64,000 nt of DNA from Basidiobolus meristosporus CBS 931.73 (lineage: Eukaryota > Fungi > Basidiobolomycota): contig MCFE01000147.1 of NCBI GenBank assembly GCA_002104905.1, positions 62,001-126,000 of the forward strand, in the 5' to 3' direction. Of the stretch, positions 1 through 14,610 are shown in pieces. A model generated the notes under the pieces. It saw nothing but the letters and a program-made list of their open reading frames with translations. It did no database searches and was not told where the DNA came from. The position numbers were made by a program, and so were the translations under genes. Positions within the stretch are counted from its first letter, which is position 1. The number at the start of each line of letters is the position of its first letter.

Positions 1-176
1 AATGAGTCATCAGCCACAACCTACATTTGGAAATACAATTAGTCAGCAATTGATCTGGCAAAATGTATATAAGGAGCTGCTGGAACCTCAATAAAAATCA
101 GTTCAAGTTTTAGTGAATACAATACTAGCTAAACTCCCTATTCCTCTACAACTCTTATACCAAGACTGGTAACAGG
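1..176 (+). repeat. 3' part of an LTR-like repeat (family F); related copies at ~5150-5340 (-), ~5600-5690 (+), ~9200-9480 (+)
   Basis: Shared block TAGCTAAACTCCC(C)TATTCCTCTACAACTCTTATACCAAGACT..AACA recurs at these sites and ends in CA; the copies at 5690 and 9480 are followed by mutually similar leader sequence. Confidence 0.6.
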
Positions 177-533
177 CTTACAAGCTCATCTGGAAATACA
201 TCTGAATATTCCTTCAAAAGAGTCTGGGTCTTGTGGTGTACTGAAGTATAGGAATCCCCCTCTAATACTGATTTTGGCAGGTACTCCATTGATTACTCCA
301 TTCAAGTATAATAGATTTCCTGAGTTTGAGGTCATCTGGCATTGGTATTCTTCTGTCATATGGAAGGTGAGTTCCAAGTCTTCTTCAAGTTCATCCTCCA
401 TGTTACTCTGCTCCAGGGCCTCAGTATGGTTAAAGGTAAAGTTCCACAATTTTAGCCAAGTCTTATATGCTTATTACACTTTGCACACTCTCAATATGAA
501 TTTATTACTCATGAATATTTTGTTCAGTGGGAG

Positions 534-880
534 TGTTGTAATCATTAAGTTATCACCAAAATATTCATGCCAACTGAGTTACATAGATCTTATTCTTTGA
601 TTAGCATTTTGTCCTGACCAAATTTGTTGTTGGGATTTACTTAGAATATTTTCACCAAATTGTCAGGTACCCAGAATATTATTTTTCTCAAAGTTGTCCA
701 AAGGACCCCAAACTTTGCACACATATTCTTGGGACCTTCCTTAGCAAACTCTACACAATTGTTTGCTCTACTTTATCAAAGTATAAATACTATATATTAA
801 TCAATAAATCTACAAGTGAATAACATGTGAGTCATCTAGTTCTCTAAATCACTTTCAATACTCCTGAGAATATTGCAACA
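534..880 (+). mobile_element. Ty1/copia family-1 LTR (3' LTR preceded by PPT)
   Basis: TGTTG...CAACA ends; polypurine AGTGGGAG at 526-533; reverse-complement similarity to the LTR at 43694-44032. Confidence 0.75.
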
Positions 881-884
881 TAAT

Positions 885-1284
885 CAAGCTGCCACTGCAA
901 TACCTGGATGTTTAGATACTATCACATATGTCAGAATTGCAATTATTGACTGATAGGGAAAGTTTTGGTCCATTTGAACCTTTTTCCCTTAGAACTGGCT
1001 GAGATATGCTCAATATCAGGTTATTGTCCATAGGGGTAGCTGCAGGTTTGCAGGGGCTGCAGGCTTGCAATTTTCTATTTTAAAGCATCTAAAAATGTCC
1101 CTGATGTACTTGGACTAGTTCAGCCCAATTTGCTGCTTGATTATGTGACATTTGACTCATATTCTAGAAAGTAGCTGAATTTTGCAAGATCTTCCATCTC
1201 TATTTTACTGAAGAGTTCTGATTTTGTTGGCTTAAGTGCCTTCTGGCCACTTATAGCTATTCTTTGGTACTTCACACAAGGAGC
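885..1284 (-). pseudogene. Ty1/copia reverse transcriptase fragment
   Basis: Aligns by eye to the RT segment at ~2260-2640; interrupted at 1285 by the LTR of another copia. Confidence 0.7.
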
Positions 1285-4200
1285 TGTTGCAATTCAAGAA
1301 GTGATTTAGATATATGAAACTCATTAAGAAATAATGATAATAGTTCAACTGCGGTTTGCTGATAAAGAAGCTCAGTCTTTATACCTTTGTAGAAGTAATA
1401 TGGTTGTAACACTAAGTAAGGAGGGTTTCTCAAAATTCAGGAGCATTCTCTAACAGTTTCAGGGTTGGTACATAATGTTTAGTAATACTGCTACATTGAT
1501 CATGACTAAAGGGAATAACCATAAGATCATATATCTGAAGAAAGTGGCAAAGTTAGAACTGTAAATTAGTCCCACAGTGACCAAGACTAGTCCAGAATTT
1601 TTAAGCAAGTTTTTAGCTGATGAAAGATACTAAATGGTCCAATATCTCAACTCTCCCCCTCCACTGAATAATTTCTTAATGCTAATTCCTGCCTGAGATT
1701 CTCAAGTTGTGGCATAGCTAGTGGTTTTGTCAATATATCTGCCACCATTTTGTTAGTTGGGAAGGATGATAACTCTGATAAGTTAAATTCTACAGTTTCC
1801 CTCACAAATTATTGCTGTATATCAATGTGCTTAGTTCTGCCATGATTAGTTGGATTTCTAGATAATGAAATACAACTTTGATTATCCTTGTAAATACATG
1901 CTGGTTTATCTGAGTTGAAACCTAAGTCTCTGAGTAATTCTTGTAGCCATATAGCATCCTTGATTGCTTGACATACAGCCATATATTCAGCATCAGTTGT
2001 AGATAGGGCCACAGTTGGTTGTTTCTTGCAATTCTAAGAAATAGCTGCACCAGCATAGAGAAATTCATATCCTGTTGTAAAGCGTCTATGCATCAGATCC
2101 CTACCCCAATCTGAATCACTATAACCATAACATTTGTGCCTATAAGCTGCTCCAGAGTATCCCAGTACCATATTTAAGGTACCTTGTAGAAATCTGAAAA
2201 TCCGCTTAACTGCTGCAAATTGATCTGAACCGTAATTCTGCATGAATTTGACTGACTATTCCGGCTGCCACTGCAATATCTGAACATGTAGACACCAGCA
2301 AGTACATTTGGCTACCAACCATTGATTAATAGGAAAAGTTTTGGTCCTTATTTGAGCCGTTTTCATCTATAACAGGCTGAGATATGCTTAATTTCAGGTT
2401 ATTGTCTGTAGGGGTAGCTGCAGGTTTGCAACTTCAATTTCAAAGCATATAAGAATGTCCCTGATGTACTTAGACTGCTTCAGTACAATTTTCTGCCTAG
2501 GTATGTCAAATTTGACTTCAATTTGAAGAAAATAGCTGAATTTTCCAAGATCTTTCATCTCAAACTTGCTGAGGAGATCTGATCTTGTCTGTTTAAGTGC
2601 CTCTTGGTCACTGGTAGCAATAATTAGGTCATCCATATAAAGAACTAGGATGATCACACCCTTTTTGAGCTGTTTCACATATTTATATATTATGATCTGC
2701 AGTGCTACAAGAATACGCATTTTTCTCTAGGTATGTGTCAATCTTGTTATACCAAGCTCTAGGTGCCTGCCTAAGCCCATACAATGATTTTCTAAGTTTA
2801 CACACCTTATAGGGTCTTTTGGACCGGTAAAACCCTCTGGTTGCTCTATATACATAGTTTCTTGCAAGTCCCTATTTAAAAACGCTCTTTTGATGTCCAA
2901 TTGGTGTAAATCTTGACTGTGTACAGCTGCCGGGGCTAGGACTTTCCGGATGTAGTAAAACTTGGCAACCGGAGCAAATGTTTCCTTAAAGTTTAGTCCC
3001 TGGAGCTGGGAATAGCCATTAGCCACCAATCTAGCCTTGTACTTATCAACAGCACCATTTGATTTTATCTTGATGTTGTAGACCTATCTAAATACTATAG
3101 TCTTTTTCCCATTTGGTAAATCTACCAGTTCCCACATTTTTGCTTTAATCAGTGATTGGTACTCCCCCTGCATGGCTTGTTGCCATTTAGTAGCATCTGG
3201 ACTTTTCATTGCCTGTTCCAGATTCTGAGATTTGGCACATAAGGCAAGATAAGCTTCTACATGATCATTGGATATCTGCCGCCATGATACAGGGGCATTT
3301 CTTGTTTGGGTAGATCTCCTAACTGGGATAATCTGCTCTGTTCTGGAACTTGTAGAATTATCATCCGTATCTGGCTGAATTAAGTATATTTTGTCTTCAT
3401 TAGTGTTGATTGCATCATCAGGTAGCTGGCCAATGATTTCAGTGGCTTTGTGATCTGAATTTTGCTATCATGCACTCTATACTCTTTAGTATCTTTGCAA
3501 TTCCCAACAAAGATACCATTCCTACTCTTTGGCTCCAACTTTGAGTGTTTTTTTGTCAGGGATGTAATAAAAAACATCACTGCCAAAGATCTTGAGGTAT
3601 TCAAGAACTGGTTTCTTGCCTTTATATACTCCAAAGGGTGTAGAATCATGTAGTGCTGTTGTTGGGCATCTGGTCTTGATGTAAACTGCGGTAGCAAGAG
3701 ATTCAGCCCACACTGGTAGTCCATTCCCTTATCATGCAATATACATCTTCCCATCTCTACATTTATTCTATTTGCACATTCTGCTACTCCATTCTACTGT
3801 GGAGTATGAGAAGCTGTGGTCTGTTGAAGTATACCAGTAGATGAGCAGTACTTTGCAAACTCCTTTGAACAGTTTTCTGCTCCATTGTCATTTTATAGTA
3901 ACTTCAATTTACACACAGTTTGCATTTCTGCCATGTTTTTCAAGTGCTTAAATGTCTCTAACGCCTTATCCTTTGTTTTGAGGAAGTATATCCATGTATA
4001 TCTTGTTTTGTCATCAATAAACATCATAAAGTATCTCTTGGCCCCAAAAGGCATTGTTCTAATGGGGCACATATGTCTGAGTGTACAATAGCCAGTATTC
4101 TGGTGGTATTAATGCTTTCTGAGCTCTTGAAACATTGCCTAGCTTGTTTGTCATATGAACATCCCTTACAAATATTCAATTTGATTGGTATTAAGTATTT

Positions 4201-4990
4201 CAAGCCCAAAACAACCTGCTTTTTTGCCAATTGGCTCATTTTCTGTTCCCCAATGTGACCTAGCCTCCTATGCCATGTCTTCCAGTTGATTTCATAAGTT
4301 TCAGCAGTGTTGACATACTCAGGTACAATGATCTTGCATTGTAACTTGTATAAATTGTGATCTCTGATTCCCAAAGCTAATTTTTGTATATTTTGACACA
4401 GTAACAAGCAAATCATCTTGGTAAAAGCAAATTTCAGTCTCTGAGCAGCTGGTTTACTGACTGAGAGTAGGTTCTTTGCTATTCCAGGTACATAAAGTAC
4501 ATTTGTCAGTCTTGCTATGGTTGCCCCTGAGCCATTGCTCATATTTAGTTGTATAGACCCACTGGCAGTAGCTTCCAGAGCAGAGTTATCTCCAGGATAA
4601 GCCTTTCTTACAGGTATAGTCTTCAAGTTGCTGATTCACTCCTTTATACTACAAATATTCTGTGATGCTCCTGAGTCAGTCTACCATTCATTACTGTGAT
4701 TACTTGCACGCTCTTGTAAGGTTACAAATAACGGTTCATCAGTAGTTATATGGTTTGCCTGCTCTAGTTTCTGTTTTTTGTCTGCTTGTTTCTTCCTGCA
4801 TTCTCTTGCCCAGGGTCCTGGCTTTTTACAGTGGTTACAGCAACCAGGTTTTCTTTGGCTTTGTTGCTTTCCCTTCTTCTCTGAGTGCCTTTCTGAGCTG
4901 AATAAAGCATTGTCCTCAATTTTTTCTACTTGATCATTATGTCTGAGTACTTCATGGGGAAGTCTTCCTTTGACATAGTCTAAAGTGAGA
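1285..4990 (-). mobile_element. Ty1/copia family-2 element, 5'-truncated and decayed (gag zinc knuckle, protease, integrase, RT, RNase H, PPT, 368-bp 3' LTR)
   Basis: ORF pieces: RNase H (ALSTTDAEYMA..HGRTKHIDI), RT (ETFAPVAK, LYMDDLII), integrase (WAESLATAVYIK), GAG-pre-integrase (WHRRLGHIG); PPT 1653-1665; LTR 1285-1652. Confidence 0.9.
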
Positions 4991-5789
4991 TCAAGTAATA
5001 CCTAAATATCTTGATAGGTTCCCTAGATTCATAGCACTTCTTAAGTTACAACAGGTTGTGCACCCAAATTGCCTTAGTCTATTCTAACAACAATTATACC
5101 AGTAAACCAAGCAAAACAAACATATTTGCTGAAATGGTAAGGTTTGAACTGTAGCAAGTCTTGCTATAGGAGTTGTAGAGGTATAGGGAGTTTAGCTAGT
5201 CTTATATTTACTAAAACTTAAACTGATTTTTATTGAGATTCCAGTAGGTCCCTATATATATTAAGCCAGATTGGTTGCTGACAAGTTGTATTTCCCATAC
5301 AGGTTGTTGCTGATGTCTCAATCAATTGCATCATCATCACCCAAGAAGATCCTACCTAATATATATATATATCTGTCTGATAGGGATCTACTGATTCAGC
5401 TACTGGCCAATACTACTAATTTGAGAGATAACACTGTTAAACTGAAAGGCTATACATAAGGCTAATCAATTTAACTAAAAACTATTCTAATGGTACAACC
5501 TGCTACTTGAGTGTTTAAGTCACATCAGTTTGCAGTCAAATCAATTAGTTTTATGGTTAACCTATCAGTATATAAGTGTTATCTATCAAACTAGTAGCAT
5601 TGGTATTAATAATCAGTTCAGCATTTAGTGAATATAAGACTAGCTAAACTCCCTATTCCTCTACAACTGTTGTATCAAGACTTATAACATTGGTAGTAGC
5701 AATAACTGGAAACCTTCCCCTTGTAGAGTAAAGAAGCCCCCTTCTACTCCTCTACAACTTGTTTATCAAGACTGATAACACCAACTTAA

Positions 5790-8700
5790 ACATTCAAGTG
5801 GTAGATCATAACAGAACAAAAGAACTGCAGACTTTTAAAGAATCAAGTTGCAAATCCACCCAGAGGAAAAGCACTTTAAGTTTGATAACCACTAAGAAAT
5901 TTGAGCCCAAAGGAACTGCAGAAAAAGTCAGAATTCTTCAAGGGCAGGAGAAAACTGCCTTTTATGTGACATTTATCAATGGGCAAGATTCCTTCATGGG
6001 ACAAATTTGTGCTTCTAATACTGCAAAGTACCATGGAGGCTCTTAGAGAAGATCTTCTGGGAAAAGTGTGTAAGCAAGCTTTATTCAAAAAGAAAATTTT
6101 TGAACATGAGGAAGTGGCTAGATAGTGGCATGCCCCCACTCATTATTTGAATGGGGTCACTTGCAGAAGTTTGCTTCAGAATCAATGCTGTTGTAAATAC
6201 TGGGGAAATGACAATCAGTTTGCTTGGCAGCTAGACTGACAAGTATGAGCTACTTAATCTGTCTCTTGAAAGCAGAGAAGAAAACCTGCCCTAAAGCTGA
6301 AGGTAAGCATTTCCAAGAACAACTCAGATATATAACTAAGCACAGAAAGTTGAAGTTGATGCTTTATTCAGCTCCAAAGGTCACACAGATAAGAAGAGAG
6401 AGTAACAGTTCCAAAAAAAATCTGTAACTGCAATAACTGTGAGAAGCAATGATGCTGGGCCAGATAATGCAAGTAGAAACAAGCAAATCAAAACAGAAAC
6501 TCCAACATGAAAACCTACAACCACAGACAGTGAGTTGTTTGAAACTGGTCAAGAGTGTGCAAGTAACCATTGTGATTAATGGTATATTGACTCTGGAGCT
6601 TCACAGCATATCTGTGGTATAAAGAAGTGGTTTATCAAATTGAAGACTATTGCTAAATAACAGATGCATCTTGGATACAACTCTGCATTGAAAGCAACCT
6701 CAAGTGAGTCTATACATCAAAACATTAGTGATATAGTAGGGGCAACATCAACAAAACAGATTCACATACTCTATGTGTCTTAAATTGCTGTAAACCTACT
6801 CCCAGTGAGAAAAGTAACACACAGGGATTTGAATTTCCTTTGACTAAGCTGAGCTTCTCAGTATTGAGCGGAGATAGATGGACATTAGTTTTATGATATA
6901 TAGATAAAAATGTAGATTTAAGCTGCAATGAAAGATCATGGTACCTGTGTATGTGGACATTGCTGAAATTGAAAAGACTTCCTGGAAGGTATAATGCGAT
7001 AGGCTTGGATACATTAGGGAACTGAAAATGGGCCAATTGGTGAAAAATCAACTTGTTTGCAAATTTAACTACTACATTGGCATCAAGTTAAATATCTTTA
7101 AGGGTTGCAAATATGCAAAAAAGCTAGACAATATTTAAGGAGCTCAGGAGGTATTAATACCACCATACTATTGGCTATTGTACACTCAGTCTTATGGGGG
7201 CCCATGAGAACCTGGTTCTTTGAGGCCAAGAGATTCTTTATGACTTTTGTTGATGAAATGATAAGATTTCCATTTGTGTACTTCCTTATGTTAATGGGGC
7301 TTTAGAGACTTTCAAGAACTTGAGGTACGTAGCAGAAACACAAACTGGGTATATACTGAAGGTACTTGAAGGCGGCAATTAATAAGATTACTGTCCTGGG
7401 AGGCTTACAAAGTACAACTCAAATACTGGCATACTTTGAGAAACCACTGTTCCACATACTCCACAGCAAAATTGAGTAGCAGAACACATACATGGGCCTG
7501 CATTAGAGATGGGGAATGTATGTTATATGAAGGCAAATGGACCACAAGGTTTTGGCTGAATCTGTGAAAGCCAACAGGGTGTAGATGGAATTACAAAATC
7601 ATTATCAACTCAAATGGTACCATTTGTAAATACAGAGCTGTATTGGAGGCTAAAGGCCTTTCCCAGATCCAGGGACCAGACTTTGAGGAATGTGTTTACT
7701 CTGATAGCCAAACTGAAGCGGACTAGTACAGTCCTAGCAATGACAGCTATGCACTGTCTATAACTGTACCATACAGCCATCAAAGCAGTCATTCTAGCTA
7801 GGGATCTGCAGAAACTACACATATAGAGCTATCAGAAGGTTTTGCCAACCCAAGTACCCCTATAATGTGAGCAGAATTAAAATTGTTATTAGGGCTTAGA
7901 CACTCATCATGAGGATGATATAGCAAGATTGCCACATATACAGTGGTGATAGGGTTTGCATGCAGTACTGTCAAGTATACTTTATGTGTGAAACAGCTCA
8001 AAAAGGGAATGACAATTTTTTATACATATACATTAAGCAGACAGTATCAGGAATTGAAGTCATATTTGACATTTATACATAGAAAATTGTACTGACTCAG
8101 TCTGGCTACATTGGAGACCTTATTGGATGCTTTAGAATGAAAAATTGCTAGCCTGCAGCAACCCCCATTGAATATAACCCAATATTGAGCAAATCTCCCC
8201 CAATTTTAGGTGAAAACTGTCTTAATATGGACCATGACTCTGCCTATAAGTCAATGGTCAGCAGTCTGATGTTCCTAATGATCTCCACCCATCTAGATAC
8301 TACTGTAGCAGTAAGAGTAGTCTGTCAAGATACACAGAATTATGAACCTGATCAAGTCATAGCAATGAAACAGATTTTTAGATATCCACAAGGTACCATA
8401 AACATGGTACTGGAATACTCTGAAGCAACTAATTGGCTAGAACTTGATGATTATTGTGACTCAGGTTGGTGAAGGGATCATAATGAAAGATGCTCCAGGG
8501 CTGGGTTAGCATGACTTTAAGCCAGTGCAGTTGCAACTAGTGATTATAATCAACAGCCAACTGTGGCCCTTTATAAAATGGAGGCATGGTATATGACTAC
8601 ATGTCAACCAGCTAAGGAGGCTGTATAGTTACAGAAACTATGCCAGGACTCAGATTTTATTTGAGATGAGCCAGCATGTATTTTCCCAGAAAACCAAAAG

Positions 8701-8965
8701 CTGTATTTCATTTGCAAGGGATCCTGCTGATAATGCCAGAAATAAACACATATATGTACAGCGCCACTTTGTGAGCAAAGCTGCTGAAAAACACTTAGTA
8801 GAGCTAGTTTACTGCCAAACTGACAGAATGGCGTTTGTATATTGACCAAACCATTAGCCAGGCCACAGTTTGAGATTCTCAGAGATAAATTGGGATTAAG
8901 AAGTTATGTGGCTCCAGGAGAGTGCTGAAACATTGGACTATTAGATCTCATTCAGCATCAAATCT
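5790..8965 (+). mobile_element. Decayed Ty1/copia family-2 element (gag to RNase H plus start of 3' LTR), with internal deletions
   Basis: Protease motif NWYIDSGASQH near 6580, integrase (IVHSVLWGPM) ~7170, RT/RNase H remnants 7830-8900, purine tract then LTR start at ~8920. Confidence 0.8.
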
Positions 8966-10249
8966 TACGGTATTAATGGAGAAACCTGATGGTGGTGTAA
9001 CTGATACCAGGTCCAAATAACCATCCAACCTGGATAGCTACCTATACCTGTTATTTATTGACTATTTATGTTACAGAGCAGGATACCAGTTAGTAACTTT
9101 CATGGCAAAGTGTTTTCAGATCTGATGCTCAGATGGTCAAGTTAAATCAGTTTTTAGTCAAATTATTTATTGTTTTGTTGAGCCTATGAGTATATCACTA
9201 TTATCCATCAAAATAGTAGTATTTGTTATCAGACAAATCAGCAGATTTTCATTACACAGATATAGATATAATATGTAAGATTTAATTGAATTCTGATGAT
9301 ACAGATATATGAGTCATCAGCCACAGCCTGAATTTTTAACTCCAATTAGTTAGCAATTGATCTGACAAACTGTTTATAAGGAACTGCTGTCACATTTATG
9401 AAGATTTGTTCAAATTTTAGTGATTACAGTACTTGCTAAACTCCACATTCCTCTGCAACTCTTATATCAAGATTGTAATATTGTGAGCAGCCATAACCAG
9501 AAACCTTCCTGCTGGAGAAAGAAGCAGCCTCCCTCAGGATATCAAAATATCTGGAATGGAAGAATGCTACGCTGCAAGTCATGGTCCAACATCAATAGGA
9601 ACTCTGGATGCGCAGCTAGCAGTAACAAGATATAGCTACCATGACCCAGAGCCTGCAAAGCCCTGTCAAGAGCAACTTCAGTGTGATGGACAACAAGTTT
9701 TGATGTGTAGAGGTCCCCGTGGCAGAAGTTGTTGCAATATGGGATTAATTAATATTGTTCAGCAGCCAAATATTTACTTAACAATTCTAAACAAGTCTTA
9801 GTCACTGTGGGACAAACCAACTGCCCTAACTTAAACACTGTCATTGGATCTATAATCCTATTATTATTCCTCTTTAGGCAAAAGCAAATTAGTACTTTTA
9901 CCAATTATTTTGTATCCTAAAAAAATCAAGAAAATGCCCGCAAAATACCATCATAATATCAGGTGATTTCCAAGTTTCTCACAATTGACAACCTTCAATA
10001 TCTCTGTTGTTAGCTGATGGGCAGGCAAGCAAGCATATTCCCCAGGTGGAGACTAGGCCAACTAGCATCCATACAAACTTTAACAATTAGCTGCTCATTA
10101 CTCCCGTCAAAAATTGCACTTGATATTTTGAACTAAAAACACCAGCTGAATCCTTGAAAAATATCATTAGAATACCAGCAGAATATTAGCCAAAACTCAG
10201 AGAGTTCTATGTTTGAGATTTATTATTGTGGTACTAACCCATAAATTGT

Positions 10250-13200
10250 TATAAAATGCTCCTGAGTGTTGAGAAGCCCTCCTTACTCAGTGTTACAGCT
10301 GTACTACTTCTACAAAGGTATAAATACTAAGGTACTTTATGAATAAACAACTGTTCAGTTAGCACTACTATTTCCCAATAGGCTCCTTATATCCAATTGA
10401 CTTGTTATATTGCAACAGGTTGCCAGCCCTAAATGCATAGATTTATACTAAAAATGACTTCTACCAGCAAACAGAACAGTACATGTATTTTCCCTGTAAA
10501 GGAGAGGTCTGATAGGAAGAACAGCAGACTTTGGAGAATCAAGGTGCAATCCACCTTTAGAAAAGAGAGCTCTGGAATATACTAGCAGGAAAAAAAGTTG
10601 AGCCTAAAGGAACAGCATAAGAAATGGAGAAGATTCAAGAGAAGGAGAGAAAGATCTTTAATGGCACAAGAATCAATGTACAGGATTCCTTCATTGGAGA
10701 ATATATGCTTCTAATACTGCTAAAGCAGGATAAGAATCCCTGGAGAAGATCTTTAGAGCAAAGTCAGAATTAAGCAAGCTTTCTTTAAAACAAAATTTCT
10801 TCATCATGAAGAAGAAGCCAGATGAAGATATGCTACCACTCATTACCAGAATGGAGACACTTGCAGAAGAACTTGACAGTATCAAAGCTGGCCTAGAGGA
10901 AGAAGAAAAGACACTCTGTCTGCATTGCAACTTACCAGGAAAGTATGAGCCACTTACACTTTCTTCCAAAAGAAAAGTAGGCACTATGACTTTATACTTT
11001 GTCAAGGGAAGACTTCTCCTTGTAGTGCTCAAATGTAATGCACAAGCAGAGTAAACTTGAAGATAATAGACTTGCTCCATTGTATAGTGCCACATTGAGC
11101 CAAGAGTGCAAAATGACACCATAATGTGCCAGAAAGGACAAGTGAACCTATACTTGGCCTCAGAGTGTGAAGCAGAGCTCAGCATCTTCATGCAAAGCAG
11201 CCCTTGTGTGCCACCCATTGTGCAGGAGAAAATCCATTTTTTGACCTTTTTTTGCGGATCAATGTAGTTGAAGATGTGTAAGTGCACAGGAAAACTGAAG
11301 ACATGCATCTGGTACTCAATACCCATGACACTCTGGATCTAGCTCCTGTGGCTTGTAACATGTCTAAAAAGTGCAAGGCACTATCTTGGTCCACTGTTAC
11401 TATTGGGTACTATATTTAATTATCAGCCCTAAAGTAAGGCCTACACAAAGCACTTATAGTGCTAGATAGTACCAGTGGACCAAGATAAGGCCAAGCATTT
11501 TTATGACATTTTACAAGTCACAGGAGCTGGATTTAGAGTGCCATGCGTATTGAGTACCAGTTGCATATCTTCAATCTGTTTGTGCTCTGACACATCCTAC
11601 ACAACATTGATAAAACAAATGGTAAAAATGGATTTTCTTGAGAACAATGGGTGAGACACAGGGGCTGCTTTGCATGAGGATGCAGAGCTCTATTTCACAC
11701 TCTGTGGCCAAGCATAGGCCCACTTGGCCTCCCTGGCACACTATGGCATTATTTGGTGCTCATTGCTCAATGTGGCACTATCCAGCAGAACAAGTCTAAT
11801 GCTTTATTCAGCTCAGAGAGGCTCCCAGGAAAGTAAGGTTAGCAACAAAATAAAAAAAACCTGGTTGCTGTTACTACTGTAAGAAGCCTGAACACTGGGC
11901 CAGCAAATGCAAGAAGAAACAAGCAGACAAAATACAGAAACTAGAGCAAGCAAACCAGATAACTACAGATGAACAGTTATTTGTAACTGTACAAGAAAGT
12001 GCAAGCAACTGAAGTAATGAATGGTATATTGACTGGAGCATCAAAGCATATTTGCAATATAGCAGAGCGGTTCAGACACTCAAAGACTATCCCTGTAAGA
12101 AAGGTTTATCTGGGAGACAACTCCTCACTGGAAGCATCTATCAGTGGGTCTGTACAGCTAAATATGAATGATATATCAGTGGCAATAACAGCAAAACTGA
12201 CTGATGCACTACATTTGCCTGTAATATCCAAGAACCTACTCTCAGTCAGTGAGGTAACTACTCTGGGACTGAAACTTGTGTTTACTTTGCTGAGTTGCTC
12301 CACATTAGGTGAAAATAGACAAAAAATAGCTTTGGGGATCAGAGATCACTTCATATACAAGTTACAACTCAAGATTACTGTACCTGAGTAGGTCAACATT
12401 GCTAAAGCAGATGAAACTAACTGGCTGACATGGCATAGGAGGCTAGGACATAATAGGGAACAGAAAATGAGACAATTGGTGAAAACAACTTGTTTTGGGC
12501 CTGAATTACTCAACTTGGATCCAATTGAATGTCTGTAAGGGTTGCTATATGGCAAACAAGCTAGGCAGTGTTTTAGGAGCTCAGAAGGCATCAACACAAC
12601 TAAAACATTGGCAATTGTGCACTTGACATATCTGGGCCCAAGAGTGTCATTAGGAGCCCAGAGATACTTAATGACTTTTATTGGTGACAATACAAGATAT
12701 GGATGGGCGTACTTTTTCAAGACAACGGGGTAGGCATTGGAAATGTTTAAGAACTTCAAGAATATAGTAGAAACACAAACCAGGTGTAAATCAAGGAACT
12801 TTATGGTGACAATGGGGGGAAATACTGCTCAAAGAAATTTGCAAAATACAGCTAATCTACTGGTATACTTCAACAGACTACTGTTCCACACACTACACAG
12901 CAAAATGGAGTACCAGAACATGCAAATAGAGCAGTAGTAGAGATGGGAAGATCTATGCTATATGATAAGGGTAAGGACCACAGGTTATGGGCTGAATCTG
13001 CGTCTACTGCACTGTACATCAAGAATAGATGCCCAACAACAGCACTACATGTCTCTACACTCTTTGAAGCATATTCAGGCAAACAGCACCTGCTTATGTG
13101 CCAAACCTCAGAATCTGGAACAGGCAATGCAGAGTCCACATGCTGCTCTGTTGCAACAAGCCATGCTGGTGGGGTGCTTATCACTGATCAGGGAAAAATG

Positions 13201-13689
13201 TGGGAACCGGCATATTTACCCAATGGGAGAAAGCCAGTAGTATGTTGATGGGCCCACAAGATCAAAATAACCACAAATGGTCATGTTGATTGGTAAAAGG
13301 CTAGATTTGTGGCCAAAGACTATTTCCAAATTCAGGTACTAGAGTTTAAGGAAACATTTGCTCCAGTTGCTAAGTCTAACTCCATTAGGACAGTCTAGCC
13401 CTGGCAGCTGTACACAGTCTAGATCAACACCAAATGGATATTAAAAGTGCCATTCCATATGGGAATCTGCAAGTCACTATATTCATGGAGGTACCAGAAG
13501 GTTTTACCAAGCCAAAAGGCCCCCATAAGGTGTGCAGACTTAGAAATTGTTGTATGAGCTTAGGCATGCTCCCACAGCAAGGTATTACAAGATTGATGTG
13601 TATATAGGGGAGATTGGGCTCATTTGAAGTACTGCAAGCTTCAGAATATCTGTGAAACAGCATAAAATGGATGTGATCATCCTAGCTTT
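10250..13689 (+). mobile_element. Decayed Ty1/copia family-2 element (partial 5' LTR, PBS 10418-10429, gag, protease, integrase, part of RT); carries foldback insertion at 11068-11797
   Basis: LTR end TTGCAACA followed by GGTTGCCAGCCC; gag, protease, integrase and RT pieces collinear with the copy at 1285-4990. Confidence 0.85.
11068..11797. mobile_element. Palindromic foldback element, copy 1 (730 bp, TSD AAT)
   Basis: Ends AGACTTG...CAAGTCT, long inverted arms, AAT on both flanks; interrupts copia gag GAAGAT-AAT-GCTTTATTC, whose uninterrupted homologues lie at ~4900 (-) and ~6355. Confidence 0.9.
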
Positions 13690-14610
13690 TGTTGAAATAT
13701 TGGACTATTTGGTACCATTCAGCAGCTAAAACTTTGCTTAACAATTCTGGACTAGTTGATGTAACTGTGGGACTAATTTACAGCTCTAACTTTGATACTT
13801 TCTTCAGATCTATGATCTTATGATTATTCCCTTTAGTCATGGTCACAGTAGCACTATTACTAAATATTTTGTATCTACCCTGAAGCTGCTACAGAATGCT
13901 CCTGAATATTGAGATACCCTCCTTACTTAGTGTTACCGCTATAATATTTCTACAAAGGTGTAAATACTTTGCTTCTTTTATAATACACAACAGTTCAACT
14001 ATTATAACTATTTCTTGAATAGTTCTTTAAATCCAAATCACTTCTTAAATTGCAACAGGTTATGATCCCCCATTGTCTTAGTCTTTTCTAAAGATGATTT
14101 TACAAGCAAACATAATAACACAAACATCTTCCCTGTAAAGGAGAGGCTTGATGGGAAGAACTACAGACTTTGAAGAATCAAGATGCAGATATGCCTTGAG
14201 GAAAGGAAGCATTGGAATATAGTAAGAGGAAAAGAAGCTGAATCCAAAGGCACAGCAGAAGAAGTGAAGTTTCAAGTGAAGGAGAGAAAGGCCTTTAATG
14301 CCATACATATCAATGTTCAAGATTCCTTCATTGGACAAATCCATGCCTCAAATACTGCCAAAGCAGCATGGTAATACTTAGAAAAGATCTTTAGAGCAAA
14401 GTCAGTATCAAACAAGCTTTGTTTAAAACAAAAGTTCTTCAACATGAGGAAGTAGCTAGATGATGACATGCTTCAACTCATTACCAGAATGGAGACACTT
14501 GTAGAAGAACTCTACAGTATCAATGCTGGTGTATATGATGAAGAAAAGATACTCTGTCCGCTTTGCAGCCTATCAGACAAGTATGAACAACTCATACTTT
14601 CTTTTGAAAG
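13690..14610 (+). mobile_element. Nested copia family-2 5' LTR (13690-14057, 368 bp), PBS GGTTATGATCCC and truncated gag
   Basis: TGTTG...CAACA LTR of the same length as 1285-1652; gag start RLDGKNYRL.RIKMQICLEERKHWNIV; inserted in the RT of the previous copy. Confidence 0.85.

Noticed and set aside
10691-11326. 211-aa minus-strand ORF as a gene
   Set aside because: It is a chimera of a foldback arm reading into antisense copia gag.
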